DNA from: Candidatus Poribacteria bacterium
GTDB taxonomy: Bacteria > Poribacteria > WGA-4E > WGA-3G
Reading direction: 5' to 3'
Assembly: GCA_963663765.2 (NCBI GenBank)
Contig: CAXXUA010000005.1
Coordinates: 448,001-512,000 of the forward strand
DNA: 64,000 nucleotides
Position 1 is the first letter of the stretch; each line of letters opens with the position of its first letter. A program made the translations under genes and the position numbers. The notes below the pieces were generated by a model. That model searched no databases. It was not told where the DNA came from and saw only the letters and a list, made by a program, of their open reading frames with translations. This document shows positions 59,515 to 64,000 of the stretch, one piece after another.

Positions 59515-60375
59515 ATGCCAATACACACGCAGGACTATAGACATTGGGAAGGTACACTGAACCCGCGTATGCGGACACGTTGGTGGATAATTGCTAAAGC
59601 GGAGTTAAAGCTGCTTGCTAAGCGTAAGATTGTGCGCCTAATTGTTGCTATTCCGCCTGTAATCTATGTTTTGGTGCATGGTATATTGATATATGTGATG
59701 AATGTCATTCCTGAGGATGCTGTTTGGTTTGATATTGACACCAGTTTTTTTCAGGGATTTGTATTTAGGATGCTGCCGTTTCCAACGGCATTTTTGCTTG
59801 CCTTAGTTGTAATATTTGGAGGTGCGGGGTTAATTGCGGATGATCTTAAGCATAATTCTCTTTCACTTTATCTGTCTAAACCGATTTCTTGGATAGATTA
59901 CGTCATCGGTAAGTTTGCGGTGATTGGTATTTTACTTTTGTGTATGACCTTAGTTCCTGGTTTGCTGTTGTTTTTGGAACAATCATTGTTGACTGATGAA
60001 CCTTTCATTCAAAAACATTTTTGGTTGCCTTTTTCAATTATCATTTATTCGGTAATCATAACAGTTATCTCAGGTTTGTTGATGTTGGTGTTCTCATCAC
60101 TTACGACCAATTTGCGTTATGCTACGATAGGATTTTGTGCGGTGTGGTTCGGTCTTCCCGTAGTGCATTTAATTTTGAAAGAAGTATTTCGTACAAGTTC
60201 AGTTGGTATTGTATCTATTTGGGCAAATTTTGATCGTTTGGGGTCAACCCTATTTGGTGTGAGTAGTAATTATGATATACATTGGTCAATGTCGTTACTG
60301 TTTTTGGCTGCGTTGGGTGTGGGTTGTATTTTGGTTTTACGCCATCGGATTCGTGCTGTGGAGATAGTGAAATAG
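59515..60375 (+). CDS. ABC-2 type transporter permease
   Basis: GAGLIADD....LSLYLSKPIS..DYVIGK. Confidence 0.88.
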   Translation: MPIHTQDYRHWEGTLNPRMRTRWWIIAKAELKLLAKRKIVRLIVAIPPVIYVLVHGILIYVMNVIPEDAVWFDIDTSFFQGFVFRMLPFPTAFLLALVVIFGGAGLIADDLKHNSLSLYLSKPISWIDYVIGKFAVIGILLLCMTLVPGLLLFLEQSLLTDEPFIQKHFWLPFSIIIYSVIITVISGLLMLVFSSLTTNLRYATIGFCAVWFGLPVVHLILKEVFRTSSVGIVSIWANFDRLGSTLFGVSSNYDIHWSMSLLFLAALGVGCILVLRHRIRAVEIVK

Positions 60376-60384
60376 GCTGGTTCT

Positions 60385-61245
60385 TTACAATAATCTTGCG
60401 CCGTTTGCGTCCCACATTTCCTCCTCAGTATATTCCTGTGGGGGATTTATTTTTGTTAGAGTTGGTTGCCAATTGGGTTTGAATTGATGTATCAGTCGTA
60501 CAGCATTTCTATAAGAAATATCTTTTTTCGTGTTATCATCAAGATTAGTGGATTCTAGCTGTGATTGGACAAGTCGAAAGTCGTAGTAGGGTAGGTCACT
60601 GCCGAACATGAGCCTGTTAGCTGCAAGGTTTTCTACGAGATGTACGATGTCCCAACTTTCATCTGCGCCTTCAGGTTTCTGTGCGATGTCATACCAGATA
60701 TTTTCCTGATTACTACAATGTACAATTGCATCCATGTGTCCTGCTTTGTTCATTGAGACATGCCCGATGATGAAGGTAATTGTGGGAAACTTTTGTGCAT
60801 ACGCAGCGATGTTCTGTGTTGATCCAGCTTGATGTAGCAGACATAATCCGTTGTGTTTTGCCACGACCTCAAGAAAGGCATATAATTCCCCACCAAGAGA
60901 ATGTCCGGATAAAGCTGGATGACATGCGAATCCAACCAGTCCATCTTCAGACATAGTTCTATCCAGTTCATCCACACCTGCCTGCTCATGTCGGACTTCT
61001 ACAATGGCGAGTCCTATAGGAAAACGTTGCGGATACATGTGGCATGCGTTTGCGATAACCTTGTTCTGTTCGCGTGTGTCTAAGACACCCCGTGCCTGTG
61101 GTCCTCCTGCTGTGGGACATGGTATTGCAGCGATCACTCCTGCGCACGCCATCCGTGCCAGACACTTGTCCACGTTTTGTCCTACCACGGGAGCGCGTGA
61201 CACTGTCATTCCGATGTGGCAATGCACGTCAATATAGGAACGCAT
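60385..61245 (-). CDS. Amidohydrolase family 2 protein
   Basis: IDVHCH, IIGH, RLMFGSDLPY, NA. Confidence 0.88.
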   Translation of the reverse strand: MRSYIDVHCHIGMTVSRAPVVGQNVDKCLARMACAGVIAAIPCPTAGGPQARGVLDTREQNKVIANACHMYPQRFPIGLAIVEVRHEQAGVDELDRTMSEDGLVGFACHPALSGHSLGGELYAFLEVVAKHNGLCLLHQAGSTQNIAAYAQKFPTITFIIGHVSMNKAGHMDAIVHCSNQENIWYDIAQKPEGADESWDIVHLVENLAANRLMFGSDLPYYDFRLVQSQLESTNLDDNTKKDISYRNAVRLIHQFKPNWQPTLTKINPPQEYTEEEMWDANGARLL

Positions 61246-61439
61246 AGGTTTACCTTTATGTATATTTAACGACCTGTTTTAGTTAACTTAATGTTTGTAT
61301 TATTATCACACCTATTAAGCTTGTGTTATTAACATATCGTCCCTACCAAATCAACGCCAAATGCGCGTTTGGCATTTGGCGGGACTAAAGATAGGGTATT
61401 CAACGTTTTTCTATAAAAATATCGTCCCTACGGGACTAA

Positions 61440-62653
61440 ATGGTTCACTCTTTAAGTCTTTGCGATATTTCTTCAATTGAAGTTCCATAGGGTTCTAACT
61501 TGTATCTCGGTTGCTCTTGTGGGTCTTTCTTCCAATGGTAAGGGTGTTTATGGACATTCCACCAACACACCGCGCACTCAATGGATTCGATGAGTTCATC
61601 TTGTGTCTCAAACTTTCTCCCTTTCAATGCCAGTGATCTGAGTTGTTTCCACCAAGGTTCTATCAGGTTTAACCAACACGCATATTTCGGAATAAACTGA
61701 ACTCCTACCTCCGGCCACACCAATAATGCGGTTTTTACATCACGACTATGGTGAGTAGAAAGATTGTCTTCAATCAAAAGCCGCTTGTCTGATGGAAACT
61801 TCTCTATGATTTTCTCAAGCAATGCTATATGACTTGCACTATCCCTCCTCTGAAATCACTATTTCCTCTTGACCCGTCGCACGTTCAAACACATCATGAA
61901 CCCATACTTTACCACGACGACCATAGTCCAGTTCAAAGGTCACACGACCCACACCGCGTTGCCAAACTTCACCGGATATGTTTTAGCTTCTATCGGTCCC
62001 ATCTCATCAATACAGACAACACAAGTATTAGGCGGCGGGGAACGATACGCCGCTATAACAGTCCCCTTTTTTCTACAACTCTTTGTCTTGCTTCTCCGCT
62101 TCACGAAACCAACTTTGTTGACGCTTCAAACGCAATCCCTCTTCATTTAGCCACTCCCAGATTGTTGAATCAGAAAGATGAATACCTGTTCTTTCTTTAA
62201 ATGCCGTTTGCAACCGTATCAATGTCCACAACTCAAATGGATAACCGAGACTACGCGGATTTTGCATTGCTAAATCTATGAGTTTCCCTCGCACCTCTGT
62301 TGAATGCACACGCGGTTTCCCACTTTTCGGCTTATCTGTGAGCCCTGGGATACCCGCTTCATTGAACCTTTTGACCCAACAGGGACCAGAGTTATCCGAC
62401 TTGAAACCCACATTTATTCCTGCTTGAGTAGCTGTCAGTGTCTCGTCATCAAGCATGCTAACAATCAATTTCGCACGCTGCACCATCCGATAGGAATGTG
62501 TGCGTGAACTCGCAAGTCTCCTCAATTCAACGTTTTCTTCCTCATTAACCTCACGAATGTGATGTATTCGTTTTCCCATCTCAATTCTCCTCTCCATTTT
62601 TTGAATTTAATAGATAGAAGAATTATACCAAAATATCTTGGCGAGTCAACCAC
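61440..62653 (-). mobile_element. IS630-family element with a multiply frameshifted transposase
   Basis: Imperfect TIR ATGGTTCACTC / GTGGTTGACTC; TAA on both flanks; HTH ORF 62073-62597; DDE fragments IDEMGP, EDNLSTH, WLNLIE. Confidence 0.88.
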
Positions 62654-62749
62654 TAAATAAGAAATCAACTCTTGAAAAAACTAAGAAAGCGTCTGCAATT
62701 GTGAAGCACTACATTACAAATAGTTATTTAGCACAACTCGTATATTTAT

Positions 62750-63517
62750 TTAGAATTTTGGTAATGGTTGGTATGTATTAAAACCTTTTGTTTTGTCTTT
62801 GCCTTGCAAGAGATATATTTTGTGTGATGAACGCACTTCTGCACCGGGAAAACGGACATTTGCTGGCATATATCGCATTGTGTAGCCACATCGTCTTTTT
62901 TGTGATACATTGGGACTGGAATTGTGTATTGTCCATGCATCGTGAAAATGGCACTCACCGACTTCTAACTCCAAATCTACTGCTGTTGATTCATCAATGT
63001 CTGCTGAGACGACTTCTCTGCCAAAGAGATTGTTATTGCGATTGACCGATTCATACCGACGATCACGCAAAGTATGACTTCCAGGGATGACTCGCATGCA
63101 TCCATTTTCAATTTTTGATTCATCCACTGCTAACCACATTGTGATGACGTTCATGGGGTCAAGAGATTTTCCCCAATATACCCCGTCTTGGTGCCAGGGT
63201 ACTTCCATTCCATCGTGTTTGCGTTTGCTAATGAAATGACTTGACCAGAGAACAATATCCTGACCGATGAACCTTTCAATCACTTTCAGCACACGTGGGT
63301 GAGTTAGGTATTTGAATAGAAACGGATGTGTGAAGTGAGGTACGTCCATCTGTTCTGGACGTTTACCTTCAGGTAAGTTCTCAATCATTTCGGCTACATA
63401 ATCCCGCAGTTCGTTTAACTCGGATTCTGTAAAGATGCGACCGTAAGTGAGATACCCATTTTCTTTGTAGAAACTTACTTGTTCGTCGGATACTGTTGTT
63501 TGTATTTGCCAATTCAT
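62750..63517 (-). CDS. Phytanoyl-CoA dioxygenase (PhyH) family protein
   Basis: PWHQD, WLAVD...NGCMRVIPGSH, HNSSPN...R. Confidence 0.92.
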   Translation of the reverse strand: MNWQIQTTVSDEQVSFYKENGYLTYGRIFTESELNELRDYVAEMIENLPEGKRPEQMDVPHFTHPFLFKYLTHPRVLKVIERFIGQDIVLWSSHFISKRKHDGMEVPWHQDGVYWGKSLDPMNVITMWLAVDESKIENGCMRVIPGSHTLRDRRYESVNRNNNLFGREVVSADIDESTAVDLELEVGECHFHDAWTIHNSSPNVSQKRRCGYTMRYMPANVRFPGAEVRSSHKIYLLQGKDKTKGFNTYQPLPKF

Positions 63518-63686
63518 TTTTTTACCTGTTTTTGTGCAATGTCCGTAGTTGCTATCTACAAGAATTATTGGATATAAGTACTGTTTTCAGTATAGTTTTT
63601 CTTCAAACTTGATGGTTCTGAATTACAGGTTGATTTCTTAATATGTTTTCAAATGAAAACATATTTCGCTTTTTTGAAAACATTTT

Positions 63687-63731
63687 AAATTGCCTATAAA
63701 CCCAGTCTTTGTGTGGGTTTATAGGCAATTT
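63687..63731. repeat. Perfect 18-bp inverted repeat (terminator- or operator-like)
   Basis: AAATTGCCTATAAACCCA-9 nt-TGGGTTTATAGGCAATTT. Confidence 0.7.
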
Positions 63732-64000
63732 TGTTGATTTAAAAAATAATTTTGCTCATGTGTAACGTTTTTGTTTTTTGTCTGAACCATGATTTTCAGG
63801 ATTTCCAGATTTTCAGGATTGATTTCTGCACAGTAAGTTTTTTTAAAGGACAACAAGCTTTGACAGGATCAAGATTTATAGATCTACGTCTATAATGTAA
63901 TGTGAAATGTATTATAACATACTAAATTAGCATTTGTCAAGTAAGAATATACAAAATTTACAATTTTTGTGATTTTGTAGAAAATTTTAATTTATACACG

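Overview
AT-rich bacterial chromosomal segment, probably Candidatus Poribacteria or a relative. This is inferred from the WD40 and LamG proteins, the C-terminal 'VDAKDKLTTQWASVK' motif, the PhyH gene and the paired sulfatases. Core genes are a tRNA-Gly/Cys/Val cluster, rpsO-pnp, gcvT-gcvH-gcvP (with an intact TnpB IS200/IS605 element between gcvT and gcvH), trkA, a copA-type ATPase, glycosyltransferases and an EF-G paralog. The main result is three selenoproteins that the ORF track splits at in-frame TGA codons. The first is a signal-peptide-bearing, His-rich, outer-membrane beta-barrel-like protein with a double-Sec U-G-A-U motif at its mature N-terminus (2631-3740). The other two are exported AhpC/TSA-fold lipoproteins with UxxC motifs (24220-26073), which head a likely operon with a Tat-exported DUF362 protein and a small Cys-motif lipoprotein. 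All three have a similar SECIS-like hairpin with a C-GNN-G apical loop 20-22 nt after UGA. Intergenic DNA holds a nested set of miniature mobile elements. These include several MITE families with 2, 5, 9-10 and 19 bp target duplications carrying REP-like hairpins, a 13-copy REP array, and 34-36 bp hairpin micro-elements inserted into other repeats and into each other. There are also decayed toxin-antitoxin and methyltransferase genes, a degenerate IS630 and a plasmid-like remnant. All family assignments come from motif recognition by eye; no database search was run.
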